64,000 nucleotides of DNA, taken from the NCBI RefSeq assembly GCF_009914755.1, contig NC_060935.1; one strand, 5' to 3'. The position numbers and the translations under genes were made by a program. This stretch comes from the human T2T-CHM13v2.0 reference genome, Homo sapiens. Below the pieces are notes generated by a model that made no database searches, was not told where the DNA came from, and was given only the letters and a program-made list of their open reading frames with translations. Positions 23,768 through 38,700 of this stretch are shown one piece after another. Each line of letters starts with the position of its first letter. Positions within the stretch are counted from its first letter, which is position 1.

Positions 23768-26700
23768 AACAACAGTGTTTTGAAACTGATGAATCATCAG
23801 AAAGGTTTAACTCTGTGAGAAGAATGCACACATCAGAAAGCAGTTTCTCAGAGACCTTCTTTCTAGTTTTTATCTGAAGATATCTCCTTTTTCACCATAT
23901 GCCTCAACGCATTCTCAAATATCCATATGCAGGCACTGCAAAAACAGTGTTTTCAGACTGCTGTGTGGAAAGAAGGTTTTAATTCTATAATGTGAATGCA
24001 CACACCACAAAGTGTTTTCTCAGATAGCGTCATTCTTCATTCTAGTATTTATTTATAATGGGATATTCACTTTTTCGCCATTGACCTTGATAAGCTCCCA
24101 AATGTTTATATGCTGAATGGGGAAAAAAAAACCAGTGTTTCCAAACTGCTGAATCCACGGAAACGTTTAACTCTGTTAGGTGATTGCACACATCCCAAAG
24201 CAGTTTCTCAGAAAGCTTCTTTCAAGTTTTTATTTGAAGATATTTCCTTTCTCACCATAGGTCTCAATGCACTTCAAATTTAACTTTGAAGATTCTACAA
24301 AAAAGAGTGTTTCCAAATTGCTGAATGAAAAGAATGCTTTAAATCTGAGAGATGAATTCACTGATCACAAAGCAGATTCTCAGATAGCTTCCTTGTAGGT
24401 TTTTCCTGGACATTCGATCTCTCACTTTGGCCTTATTAGGCTCCAAAATATCCCTTTGCAGCATCTGCAACAACGGTGTTTCCAAACTGCTGAATCCAAA
24501 GAAAGGTTTAACTGTGTGAGATGAACGGACACATCACAAAGCAGTTTCTCAGAAAGCTTCTTTATAGTTTTTGTCTGAAGATATTTCCTTTTTCACCACA
24601 GACCACAATGTGCTCACAGATATCCCTTCACAGATTCTACAAAAACAGTGTTTCCAAACTGGAGAATAAAAGCAAGATTTAAACCTCTGAGATGAATGCA
24701 AACATCACAAAGCCTTTTCTCAGGTAGCTTCCTCCTAGATTTTATCCTGGGATAATCCCTTTTTCAACTTTGGCCTCAAAAAGCTCCTAAATAACCCATT
24801 GCAGGTTCTACAACAGTAGTGTTTCCAAACTGCTGATCCAAAGAAAGATGTAACTTTGTGAGATGAATGCACACATTACAAAGCAGGATCTCAGAAAGCT
24901 TCTTTCTAGTTTTTATCTGAAGTTATTTCCTTTTTCACCATTGTTCTCAATTCGTTCCCAAATATCCCTTCGTGGATTCTGCAAAAACAGTGTTACCATA
25001 CTGCTGTATGACAAGAAAGTTATGACTCTGCAAGGTGATTGCACACATCCCAAAGCAGCTTCTCAGATTCCTTCTTCCTATTTTTTATCCTAGGATATTT
25101 GCTTTTTCGCCATTGGACTCAATGTTCTCCTAAGTGGCCAACTGCAGAATGGACAGAAACAGTGTTTGCAAAGTGCTGCATCCAAAGAAAGGTTTAACTC
25201 TGTGAGATAAATGCACACATCACCTAGCAGTTTCTCAGAAAGCTTCCTTCTATTTTTTTTCTGTATGTGTTTCCTTTTTCACCATAGGCCACAGTATGCG
25301 CCCAGATATCACTTCACAGATTCTATGAAAACCTTGTTTTCAAACTCTTGAATTAAAAGAAAGTTTTAGCTCTGTGAGATAAACGTACACATCACAAAGT
25401 GGTTTCTCAGAGAGCTTCCTTCTAGTTCTTGTCCTGGAATATTCCATTTTTTGCCATTGGCCTGAAAGAGCTCCCAAATGTCCATTCCCAGAAAGAACAA
25501 AAACAGTGTTTGTAAACTGCTGAATCCAAAGAAAGTTTCAAATCTGTGAGATGAATGCACACATCACAAAGTAGTTTTTCAGAAAGCTTCTTTCCAGTTT
25601 TTATCTGAAGATATTTCCTTTTTCACCATGGGCATAAATGCACTGTCAAATAAAACTTCACAGATTCTACAAAAACAGTGTTTCCAAACTACTGAATGAA
25701 AATAATGTTTTAATTCTGAGAGATGAATGCACACATCACTTAGCGGTTTCTAAGGTATCTTCCTCCCCATTTTCTTCCTGTGATATTCGGTTTTTCCCCT
25801 TTGGCCTGGGTTTTTCCCCAAATATCCCTTTGCATATTCTACAACAACAGTGTTTCAAAACTGCTGAATCCAAAGAAAAGTTTAACTCTGTGAGAAGAAT
25901 GCACAAATCATAAACATTTTCCCAGAAAGCTTCTTTCTAGTTTTTATCTGAAGATATTTACTTTTTCTCCATAGGCCCCAATGTGCTTCCAAATATTCCT
26001 TGATGGATTCTGCAAAGCAGTTTTTCCAGACTGCTGAATTAAAAGAATGTTTTAAATCTATGAGGTGAATGTGGACATCACAAAGTGCTTTCTCAGACAG
26101 CTCCCTTCTAGTTTTTTTCCCGGGATATTGGATTTTTTGCCATTGGCCTCAAAGAGCTCCCAAATGTCCATTTGCAGAATGGACAAAAACAGTGTTTACA
26201 AACTCCTTAACCCACATAAAGGATTAACTCTGTCAGGTGAATGCAGACACCACAAAGCAGCTTCTCAGAAAGCTTCTTTCTAGTTTTCATGAGCAGATAT
26301 TTCGTTTTTCACCATAGTCCTCAATGCACTCCAAGATATCCCTTAGCAGATTATGCGAGAAAGGTGTTTCAAACTGCTGAATTAAAATAAATTTTTAAAT
26401 CTTTGGGATGAATGTGCACAACACAAAGCAGTTTCTCAAATAACTTCCTTCTAGCTTTTATCATGGGATATTCACTTTTTTGACATTGGCCTCAATGAGC
26501 TCCCAAATATCCCTTCGAAGATTCTACAAATACAGTGTTTCCAAACTGCTGAATTCAAAGAAATTTTTAACACTGTGAGATGAATGCACACATCACAAAG
26601 CTGTTTCTCAGAAAGCTTCTTTCTACTTATTTGAAGTTATTTCCTTTTTGTCCATAGGTCTCATTGCACTCCCAAATATCCCTTGGTGGATTCTGCCAAA

Positions 26701-29700
26701 ACAGTGTTTCCAGACTGCTGTAAAACAGAAAGATTTAACTCAGTGAGGTGAATGCACACATCACAAAGCAGTTTCTCATATAGCTTCTTCCCAGTATTTA
26801 TAATGGGATATTCACTTTTTCACCAATGACATCAATGAATTCCAAAATGTTTATTCGCTGAATGGGAAAAAACAGTGTTTCCAAACTGCTGCATCCACAG
26901 AAGCGTTTATCTGTGTTAGGTGAATGCGCACATCACAAATCAATTTCTCAGAAAGCTTCTTTCTAGTTTTTATTTGAAGATATTTTCTTTTTCACCATAG
27001 GTCTCAGTGCACTCCCAACAAATTGCTGAGTGAAAAGAAAGGTTTAACTCTGAGAGATGAATGCACCAATCACAAAGCAGCTTCTCAGATAGCTTCCTTG
27101 TAGTTTTTATCCTGGGACATTTGATTTCTCAACGTTGGCCTTATCAGGCTCTGAAATATCCCTTTGCAACATCTGCAACAATGGTGTTTCCAAACTGCTG
27201 AATCCAAAGAAAGGATTAACTCTGTGAGATGAATGGACACATCACAAAGCAGCTTCTCAGGAAGCTTCTTTATAGTGTTTATCTGAAGATATTTTCTTTT
27301 TCACCATAGGCCACAATGTACTCACAGACATCCCTTCACAGATTCTATGAAAACAATGTTTCCAAGCTGGAGAATGAAAAGAAAGATTTAAATCTGTGAG
27401 ATGAATGCAAACACCACAAATCTGTTTCTCAGATTGCTTCCTCCTAGATTTTATCCTGGGATAATTGCTTTTTCAACTTTGGCCTCAAAAACTTCTAAAT
27501 ATCCGTGTGCAGATTCTACACAATAGTGTTTCCAAACTGCTGAATCCAAAGAAAGATTTAACTTTGTGAGATGAGTGCACATATCACAAAGCAGGTCCTC
27601 AGAAAGATTCTTTCTAGTTTTTATCTGAAGGTATTTCCTTTTTCACCATTGTTCCCAAATATCCCTTCATGGATTCTGCAAAAACAGTATTTCCATACTG
27701 TCATATGACAAGAAAGTTATGACTCTGCAAGGTGATTGCACACATCCCAAAGGAGTTTCTGAGATTCCTTCTTTCAATTTTTTATCCTAGGGTATTTGCT
27801 TTTTCAGCATTGACCTCAATGTTCTCTTAAATGTCCAATTGCAGAATGGACAGAAACAATGATTGCAAACTGCTGAATCCAAAAAAAGGTTTAACTCTGT
27901 GAGATGAGTGCACACATCACCAAGAAGTTTCTCAGAAAGCTTCCTTCTAGGTTTTTTCTGAATAGATTTCCTTTTTCACCATAGGCCACCATGTCCTCCC
28001 AGATATCATTTTGCAGATTCAAGGAAAACACTGTTTCCAAACTCCTGAATGAAAAGAAAGTTTTAACTCTGTGAGATGAATACACACATTGAAAAGTGGT
28101 TTCTGAAAGAGTTTCCTTCTAGTAATTATCCTGGGATATTCCTTTTTATGTCATTGGCTTCAAAGAGCTCCCAAATGTCCATTCCCAGAATGAATAAAAA
28201 CAGGGTTTGCAAACTGCTGAATCGAAAGAATGGTTTACCTCTGTGAGATGAATGCATACATCACAAAGCAGTTTCTCAGAACACTTCTTTCTTATTTTAT
28301 CTGAAGATATTTCCTTTTTCACTGTTGGCCTCAATGAGTTCCCAATATACCTTCGTGTTTTCTGCCAAAAGAGTGTTTCCATACTCTTGAATGAAAAGAA
28401 AGCTTTATCTCTGTGAGGTGAATGCACACATCACAAAGTTGTTAATCAGATAGTTTCCTTGCAGTTTTTCCTTGGGATATTTCCTTTTTCACCACTGGCC
28501 TCAATAAGCTCCCAAATGTCCAGTCGCAGAATGGACAAAAACAGTGTTTGCAAACTGCTGAATCAACAGAAAGTTTTAATTCTGTGAGATGAATGCACAC
28601 ATCACAAAGCAGTTTCTCAGAAAGCTTCTTTCTAGTTTTTATCTGTAGATATTTCCTTTTTCACCATGGGCATCAATGCACTCCCAGATTTCCCTACATA
28701 GATTCTACAAAAGCTGTGTTTATAAACTGCTGAATGAAAAGAAAGGTTTAACTCTGTGAGATGAATGTGCACATTCCAAAGCAGATTCTCCTATAGCTTG
28801 CATCTAGTTTTTATATTGGGATATTCATTTTTTCACAATTCACCACAAAGATCTCCCAAATATCCATTTGCAGAATGGAAAAAGAAATATATAACTCTGT
28901 GAGATGAATGCACACACCACAAAGCAGTTTCTTAGAAAGTTTTTTGTAGTTTTTATCTGAATATATTTCCTTTTTCACCATAGGCCTCAATGAGCACAAA
29001 ATAGAACTTTGCACTTTCTACGAAAACAGTGTTTAAAACTGCTGAATGTAAAGAAAGGTTTAACTCTGAGAGATGAATGCACACATCACAAAGCAGTTTC
29101 TCAGATAGCATCCTTCTAGTTTTTATCCTAGGGTATTCAATTTTTCAACTTTGGCCTCAAAGAGCTCCCAAATTTACCTTCGTGGATTCTACAACAGTGT
29201 TTCCAAAGTGTTGAATACCAAGAAAGTGTAACTATGTGAGATGAATGCACACATCACAAAGGAGTTTCTCAGTATGCTTCTTTCTAGTTTTTATCTGAAC
29301 ATATTTCCTTTTTCACCATAAACCTCGATGCACTTCCAAATATCCCTTCACAGAGTCTGCAAATACAGTGTTTCCAGACTGCTGAATGAACAGAAGCGTT
29401 TAACTCTGAAAGGTGAATGCACCCATCACAAAGCAGTTTCTCATATAGCTTCACTGTAGTTTTCATCCTGGAATATTCACTTTTTCACCATTGGCCTCAA
29501 TGAGATCCCAAGTGTCCCTTTGCAGAATGGACAAAAATAGTGTTTGTAAACTGCTGAATACACACGCTGTGAGATGAATGCACACATCACAAAGCAGTTT
29601 CTAAGAAAGTTTCTTTCTAGTTTTTATCTGAAGATATCTCATTTATCACCCTAAGCCTCAATGTGCTCCCACATTTCTCTTTGTGGATTGTGAGAAAATA

Positions 29701-32700
29701 GTATTTCTAGAGTACTGAATGAAAAGCAACGTTTAAATCTGTGAGGTGAATGCATACATCACAAAGCTATTTCTCAGATTGCTTCCTTCTAGTTTTTATC
29801 CTGGGATATTCACTTTTTCTTCAATAGTCTCAATGACCTCCAAAATGTCCATTCGCAAAATGAACAAAAACAGATTTTCCGAAATGCTTAATCAAAAGAA
29901 AAGTTTAGCTGTGTGAGATGAATGCACAAATCGCCACGCAGCTTCTCAGAAAGTTTCTGCCTAGTTTTTTCTGAAGATATTTCCTTTTTCACCTTAGGCC
30001 TCAATGCACCCTAAATATAATTTTGCAGATTCTACAAAAACAGTTTTCCTAAACTGCTGAATGAAAGGAAAGTTTTAACTCTGACAGCTGAATGCACACA
30101 TCACATATCACTTTTTAAGATAGCTTCCTTATAGTTTTTTTTTTCCAGGGATATTCTTTTTTTGCATTTGGCCTCAATGTTCTCGTGAATATTGCTTCAC
30201 AGATTCTACTAAAACGTGTTTCCAAACTGTGGAATGAAAAGAAATGTTTAACTCTGTGAGATGAATGCACACATCACAAATCGGTTTCACAAATAGCTTC
30301 CATCTAGTTTTTATCCTGGAAAATTCTCTTTTTCACCTTAGGCCTCAAAGAGCTCAAAAATGTCCATTCGCAGAATGGAGAAAAACAGGATTTGCAACCT
30401 GTTGAATCCACACAAAGGTTTAACTCTGTGAGATGAATGCACACATCACAAAGCTATTTATCAAGAAGTTTCCTTCTAGTTTTTATCTGAAGATATTTCC
30501 TTTTTCACTATAGGCGTTTATGTTCTCTAAAATATCCCTTCATGGATTCTGTCAAAACCGTGTATCCAGAATGCTGAATGAAAAGAAAGGTTTAAATCTG
30601 TGAGGTGAGTGCCCACATCAAAAAGTGGTTTCTCAGATAGCTTCCTTCTAGTTTTTATCCTGAGATATTCACTTTTTCACCTTTGGCCAGAATGAGCTCC
30701 CAAATGTCTTTTCACAGGATGAACAAAAACAATATTTCCAAACTGCTGAATCCGAGAAAGGTTTAACTCTGCGAGGCGAATGCACACATCATAAAGAGGC
30801 TTCTCAGAAAGCTATTTTCTATTTTGTATCTGAAGATATTTATTTTTTCACCATAGGCCTCAAGGCCTCAATGCACTCTCTAATATAACTTCGCAGATTC
30901 TAAAAAACAGTGTTTCCAAACTGCTGAATGAAAAGAAAGGTATAATTCTGAGAGATGAATGCACAAATCACAAAACTTTTTCTCAGATAGCTTTATTCTT
31001 ATTTCCTGGGATATTTGCTTTTTCACCTTTGGCATCACTGAGCTCCCAAATATCCCTCCACAGATCCTGCAATAACAGATTTTCCTAACTGCTGAATCAC
31101 GAGAAATGTTTAACTCTGTGAGATAATTGCACACATCACACAGCAGTTTCTCAGAAAGCTTCTTTCTAGTTTTTATCTGAAGATATGTGCTTTTTCACTT
31201 TTGCCTCAGTTGCTTCAAGATATCCCTTCACAGATTCTATAAAAATAGTGTTTGCACACTGCTGAATGAAAAGAAAGTTTAACTCTGTGGGATGAATGCA
31301 CGTATCACAAAGTGATTTCTCAAATTGCTTTTTTCTAGTTTTTATCTTGGGTTTTTTGCTTTTTCGCCATTGGCCTCAATGAGCTCCCAAAGTGCATTTG
31401 CAGAATGCAAATAAACAGGGTTTTCAAACTGCTGAATCCACAGAAAGGTTTAACTGTGAGAGATGAATGAACATATCACAAAGCTGTTTCTCAGATAGCT
31501 TCCTTCTAGATTTTTCCTGAGATATTCACTTTTTTTGCCTTTGCCTTCCATGAGCTCCAAAATATCCCTTCACAGATTGTACCAAAAAAGGGTTTCCAAA
31601 CTGCTGAATCCACTGAAATGTGTAAATCTGTTAGAAGAATGCACACATCACAAAGCAGTTTCTCAGAAAGCTTCCTTCCAGTTTTTATCTGAAGATATTT
31701 CTTTTTTCACCGTAGGCCTCAACATGCTCCAAAATATCCCTTAACAGATGCTACTAAAATAATGTTTCCAAACTTCTGAAAAAGAAGAATGGTTTAAATC
31801 TCCAAGATGAATAAAGTCATTGCAAAGGGGTTTCTAAAATAGCTTCCTTCTATTTTTAATCTTGGGATATTCCCTTTTTTGCCATTGACCTCAAATAACT
31901 ACCAAATATCCATTCATGGAATAGACAAAAACAGTGTCTACAAACTGCTGAATTGAAAGAAAGTTTTAACTCTGTAAGACGATGGCACCTATCACAAAAA
32001 AGTTTCTCAGAAAGCTTCTTTCTAGTTTTTATCTGAAGGTTATCCCTTTTTCACCATAAGACTCAATGTGCTTCCACATATCCTTTCGTGGATTCTGCCA
32101 AAGCAGTGTTTCCAGACTGCTGCATGAAAAGAAAGGTTTAACTCTGCAAGGTGAATGCACACATCACAAAGCTGCATCTCAGATAGCCTCCTTCCAGTTT
32201 GTAATCTGGAATACTCATTTTTCACATTTGGCCTCAATGAGCTCCCAAATATCCATTTGCAGAATGCAAAAAAAACAGTATTTGCAAACTGCTGAACCCA
32301 CAGAAAGGTTTAAATTTGTGAGATGAATGAACACATCAGAGAGCGGTTTCTCAGATAGCTTCCTTTTAGTTTTTTTCCTGGGAAGTTCACTTTTTCATCT
32401 TTGGCCTCAATCAGCATCCAAATATCCCTTCACAGTGTCTACAACAACAGTGTTTCCAAACTGTTGAATCCAAAGAAAGGTTTGACTCTGTGAGATAAAC
32501 GCACACATCATAAAACAGTTTCTCACAAATCTTCTTTCTAGTTTTTATCTGAAGATATTTCCTTTTTCACCATAGGCCCCAATGTGCTCCCAGATATCAA
32601 TTCACAGACTCTACTAAAACAGAGTTCCCAAACTGCTGAAAGAAAAGAATTGTTTAAATCTGCGAGATGAATGGACACATCATAAAATGGTTTCTCAGAT

Positions 32701-35700
32701 AGTTTTCTTGTAGATTTTACCCTGGATATTCGATTTATCATCTTTGTCCTCAAAGAGCTCCCAAATGTCTATTCATAGAATGGAAAAAAACAGTGTTTAA
32801 AAACTGCTGAATCCAAAGAAAGTTTTAACTCTGTGAGATGAATGCACACATCATAAAGCAGTTTCTCAGACAGTTTATTTCCAGTTTTTATCTGATGATA
32901 TTTCCTTTTTCACCATAGGCTTCAGTGGCCTGTGAAATATCCCATCGCAGATTCTCCCAAAACAGTATTTCCAAACTACTGAATGAAAAAAAAATAATTC
33001 TTCAAAATGAATGCAGATTTCAGAAAGAGTTTTCTCAGACAGCTTCCTTCAATTTTTTTTCTTGTGATATTCAGTTTTTAGCCTTTGGCCTCAATGACCT
33101 CCCAAGTCTACTTTCACAGATTTTACAACAATAGTGTTTCCAAACTGCAGAATCCATAGAAAGTTTTAACTCTAGGAACTGAAGGCACACATCACAAAGC
33201 AGTTTCTCTGAAAGCTTCTTTCTAGTTTTTATCTGAAGATATTTCCTTTTCCACCATGTGCCTTAATGTGCTCCCAAATATTCCTTTGCAGATTCTGCCA
33301 AAACTATGTTTCCAGACAGCTGAATGAAAGTAAAGGTTTAACTATCCAAGGTAAATGCACACATCACAAAGCAGTTTCTCAGGTAGCTTCTTTCTAGTTT
33401 TTATCATGGGATATTCACTTTATCGCCTTTGGCCATAATGTGCTCCCAAATGTCCAACTGGAGAATGGACAAAAACAGTGTTTGCCAACTGCTGAATCCC
33501 CAGAAAACTTTAATTCTGTGAGATGAATGCAGACATCACAAAGCGGTTTCTCAGAAAGTTTCTTTCTAGTTTATGTCTGAAGATATTTCCTTTTTCACCA
33601 TAGGCCTCAAAGAGCTCCCAAATATCCCTTCACGGATTCTATGAAAACAGTGTTTCCAGATCACTGAATTGAAAGAAAGGTTTAACTCTGTTAGATGAAT
33701 GCATACATCACAAAGCAGTTTCTCAGATAGCTTCCTTCTAGGTTTTAGACTGGGATATTCCTTTCTTCACCATTGGCCCCAATGAGCTCCCAAATGTCCA
33801 TTCATAGAATGGACAAAAACAGTGTTTCCAAACTGCTGAATCCAATGGAAGGTATAACTCTGTGAGATGAATGAACACATCACAAAGTAGTTTCTCATAA
33901 GGCTTCTTTCTAGCTTTTATCTGAAGGTAATCCCTTTTTCACCATAAGACTCAATGCAATTCACAGATTCTATCTAAACACTGTTTCCAGATAGCTGAAT
34001 GGAAAGAAATTTCTATCTCTGTGAGGTGAATGCACACATCATCAAGTGGTTTCTCCAATAGATTCCTTCTAGTTTTTATCCCTAGATAGATGCTTTTTCA
34101 CCATTGGCATCAAAGAGCTACCAAATGTCCATTCACAGAATGGACAAAAACAGTGTTTGCAAACTGCTGAATCCACAGAATAGTTTAACATTGTGAGATG
34201 AATGCACACATCACTGAGCAGTTTCTTAGAAAGGTGATTCCTGGTTTTTATCTGAAGATATTTCCTTATTCACCATAGGCCTCAAAGCTCTCTGAAATAC
34301 AACTTCACAGTCTCTACAAAAATAATGTTTAATACTGCTGAAAGAAAAGGAAGGTTTAACTCAGAGAGATGAATGCGCCTTTCGCAGCCAGGATAAAAAC
34401 AGTGTTTCCAAATTGCTGAATCCCAAGAAAGGTGTAGCTCTGTGAGATGAATGCACACATCATTATGAAGTTTCTCAGATTCTCCAACAACAGTGTTTCC
34501 AAACTGCTGAACCCAAAGAAAGGTTTAACTCTGTGAGATCATTGCACCTATCACAAATCAGTTTCTCAGAAAGCTTCTTTCTAGTTTTAATCTGAATATA
34601 TTTCATTTTTCACCATAGGCCTCAATGTGCTCCCAAATTTCTCTTTGTGGATTCTGTCAAAACAGTGTTTCCAGACTGCTGAATGAAAAGAAAAGTTTAA
34701 CTCTGACAGGTGAATGCACACATCACAAAGCGATTTTTCAGATTGTTTCTGTTTTTATCCTGGGATGTTCGTTTTTCACCAATGATCTCAATGAACTCCT
34801 AAATTTCCATCCGGAGAATGGAGAAAAACAGTTTCCAAACTGCTGAAGCCAAAGAAATGTTTCGTTCTGTGAGGTGAATGCACATATCACAAAACAGTTT
34901 CTCAGAAAGCTTCTTTCTGATTTTTATCTGAAAGTATTTCCTTTTTCACCATTGGCCTGAATTTGCTCCCAAATATAACGTTGCAGATTCTACAAAAACA
35001 GTGTTTCAAAACTGCTGAATGTAAAGAAAGTTTAACTCTGAGAGATGAATGCACACATCACAAAGTGGTTTCTCAAAGAGCTTCCTTCTAGTTTTTATTC
35101 TGGAATATTCCCTTTTTTGTCATTGATCTAAATTAGTGACAAATTGTCCATTTACAAAATGAACAACAGAGTGTTTCAAAAGTACTGAATCCAAAGAAAA
35201 GTTTAACCCTGTGAGTAGAATGCACACACCACAAAGCAGTTTCTCAGAACGCTTCTTTCTAGTTTTTATCTGAGGATATTTCCTTTTTCACCATAGGCCT
35301 CAATGCGCTCCTAAATATCCCTTCTCATATTCTACTGAAACAGTGTTTCTAGATGGCTGAATGAACAGGAAGGTTTAACTCTGTGAGATGAATGCACATT
35401 TCACAAAAGGGTTTCTCAGATAGCTTGCCTCTAGTTTTCTCCTGGGGTATTCACTTTGTTGCCTTTGGCCTCAGTGAGCTCACAATTGTCCATTTGCAGA
35501 ATGGACAAAAACTGTTTCCAAACCACTGAATGAAAAGCAATATTTAACTTTTTCACCATAGGCCTCAATGCTCTCACAAATATCAGTTCACGGATACTAC
35601 CAAAACAGGGTTTCCAAACTGTGGAATCCAAAGACAGGTTTAAATCAGTGTGAATAATGCACACATCACAAAGCAATTTCCCAGAAATCTTCCTTCTAGT

Positions 35701-38700
35701 TTTTATCTGAAGATATTTCCTTTTTCACTGTAGGCCTCAATGCACACCCAAATATCACTTCACAGATTCTGCCAAAACAGTGTTTCCAGACTGCTGAATA
35801 AAAGAAAGGTGTCTCTCTGTGAGATATATGCACACATCACAAAGCAGTTTCTCTGAAAATTTCTTTCTAGTTTCTACCTGAAGATATTTCCTTTTTTAAC
35901 ATATTCCTCAATGTGCTCCAAAATATCCTGTTGCCGGTTCTACTAAAACAGTGTTTCCAAACTGCTGAATGAAAAGAAAGGTTTAACACTGTGAGATGAA
36001 TGCATACATCTCAAAGCAGTTTCTCAGAAAACTTCTTTCTAGTTTTTATCTGAAGATATTTCCTTTTTCACCTTAGGCCTCAATGCACTCTGAGATATCC
36101 CTGCACAGATTCTACATAAACAGAGCTTCCACACTGTAGAATAAAAAGAAAGTTTTCCCTTTTTAACCATAGACCTCTATGCACTCCCAGATATCCATTC
36201 CCATATTCTATGAAAACAGTGTTTTGACACTGTTGAAAGAAAAGAAAGGTTTAATTCTGTGAGATGAATGCACACATCACAACGCAGTTTCTCAAAGAGC
36301 TTCCTTATAGTTTTTATCCTGGGATCTTTCCTTTTCTTGCCATTGGCGTAAATGAGCTCCCAAATGTCCATTTGCAGATTCTACAAAAAGAGTGTTTGCA
36401 AACTGTTTGAATCCACAGAAAGTTTTAACTCTGTGAGATGAATGCACACATCACAAACTTGTTTCTCAGAAATATTTTGTATTTTTTATCTGAAGATATT
36501 TCCTTTTTCTCTATAGGCCTAAATGCACCCCCAAATATCCCTTCACAAATTCTACCAAAATAGTGGTTCCCAACTGCTGAATGAAAAGAAAGGTTTAACT
36601 TTGCAGGATGAATGCACACATCACAAAGCCATTTCTCAGATAGCTTTCTTCTAGTTTTTATCCTGGGCTATTAACTTTTTGTCCTTTGGCCTCAATGAGA
36701 TTCTGAATGTCCTTTTGCAGAATGGACAAAAGCAGTGTTTACAAACTGCTGAATCCAAAGAAAGTTTTAGCAATGTAAGATGAATGCACCCATCACAAAG
36801 CAGTTTCTCAGAAAGCTTCTTTCTAGTTTTTATCTGAAAGTATTTCATTTTTCACCATAGGCCTCAGTGTGCTCCAAGACATCCCTGTGCAGATTCTATG
36901 AACACAGTGTTTCCACACTGCAGAATGAAAACAAAACTTTAACTTTTTCACCATAGGCCTCAATGCACTCACAAATATACCTACGCACATCCTACCAAAA
37001 CAGTGTTTCCAAATTGCTGAATGAAAGGAAAGGTTTCACTCTGTGAGATGAATGTACACATCACGAATCAGTTACTCAATTTGCTTCTTTCTACTTTTTA
37101 TTCTGGGATATTCCCTTTTTGGCCATTGGTCTCATTAGCTTCCAAGTGTGCATTCACAGAATGGAAAAAAAACAGTGTTTCCAAACTGCTGAATGAAAAG
37201 AAAGGTTTAACTCCATGAGATGGATGCAGACATCGCAAAGTAGTTTCTCAGAAAGCTTCTTTCGAATTTTAATCTGAAGATATTTCCTTATCACCCTAGG
37301 CCTCAACGTGCTCCATAATATCCTTTCGCAGAAACTTCCAAAACAGTGTTTCCAAACTGCTGAATGAATAGAAAAGTTTTACTCTGTGATCTGAACACAC
37401 ACATCACAAAGCTGTGTTTCAGATATCTTCCTTCTAGTTTTCACCCTATGATATGCTCTTTTTAGTCTATGTCCTCAATTAGCTATAAAATTTCCCTTGT
37501 AGATTCTACAAAAACAGTGTTTCCAACCTGCTGAATAAAAAAAAAGGTTTTATTCTGTGTAATGAATGAACACTTCACAAAGCAGTTTATCAGAAAGTTT
37601 CTTTCCAGTATTTACCTGAAGATATTCCCTTTTTCAGCATAGGCCTCAATGTGCTCCCAAATATCCCTTCGCAGATCCTACCCAAACAGTGTTTCCAAAC
37701 TGCTTAATGAAAAGAAAGTTTTAAGACTGTGAGATGAATGCTGAAATCACGAAGACGTTCCTCAGATAGCTATATTTTTATTTTTTATCCTGGAATATTT
37801 GCTTTTTCACCATTGGCCTCAATGAGCTCCCAGATATCCATTCACAGAATTGACAAAAACAGAGTTACAAAGCTACTGAATTCAAAGAAAAGTTTAACTT
37901 TGCTGGGTGAATGCACACATCACAAAGAAGTTTCTCAGAAAGCTTCTTTCTAGTTTTTATCTGAACATATTTTCATTTTTACCATAGGCTTCAATGCTCT
38001 CACAAATATACCTATGCACATCCTACAAAAACAGTGTTTCAAAACTGCTGATTGAAAAGAAAAGTTTAACTCTGTGAGTTGAATGCATACATCAAAATGT
38101 GGTTTCTCAGTTGTTTACTTCTAGTTTTTATCCTGATATTTGCTTTTTCCCTTATTGCCTCAATGATTTATCAAATGTCCCTTCTTAGATTCCAAAAAAA
38201 GAGTGTTTCCAAACTTCTGAATCCAAAGAAAGGCTTAACTATGTGAGACAAATGCACACATCACAAAACAGTTTCCCAAAAAGCTTCTACCTAGTTTTTA
38301 TCTGAAGATATTTCTTTTTTCACCATTGGCTTCAATGTGCTCCCAAATATAACTTCACAGATTTTACTGAAACAGTGTGTCCAAACTGCTGAATGAAAAA
38401 GAAAGGTTTATCACTGTGAGACGAATGAACACATCACACAGTGGTTTCTATGACAGCTACCTTCTAGTATTTCTCCTGGGTTATTCACTTTTTTGGCTAT
38501 GCCCTAAATGAGCTATCCTATATCACTTCACAAATTCTACAAAAACAGAGTTACCAAACTGCTGCATCCAAGAAAAGTTTAACTTTGCTGGGTGAATGCA
38601 CGCATCACAAAGCAGTTTCTCAGAAAGCTTCTTTCTAGTTTTTATTTGAGGATATTTCATTCTTCACTGTAGGCCTCAATGCACTCCCAAATATCCCTTT

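Noticed and set aside
30855-30871. Small tandem stutters (AGGCCTCA x2; also ~17528-17555, ~24031-24043, ~56867-56886)
   Set aside because: Ordinary replication slippage in single monomers.
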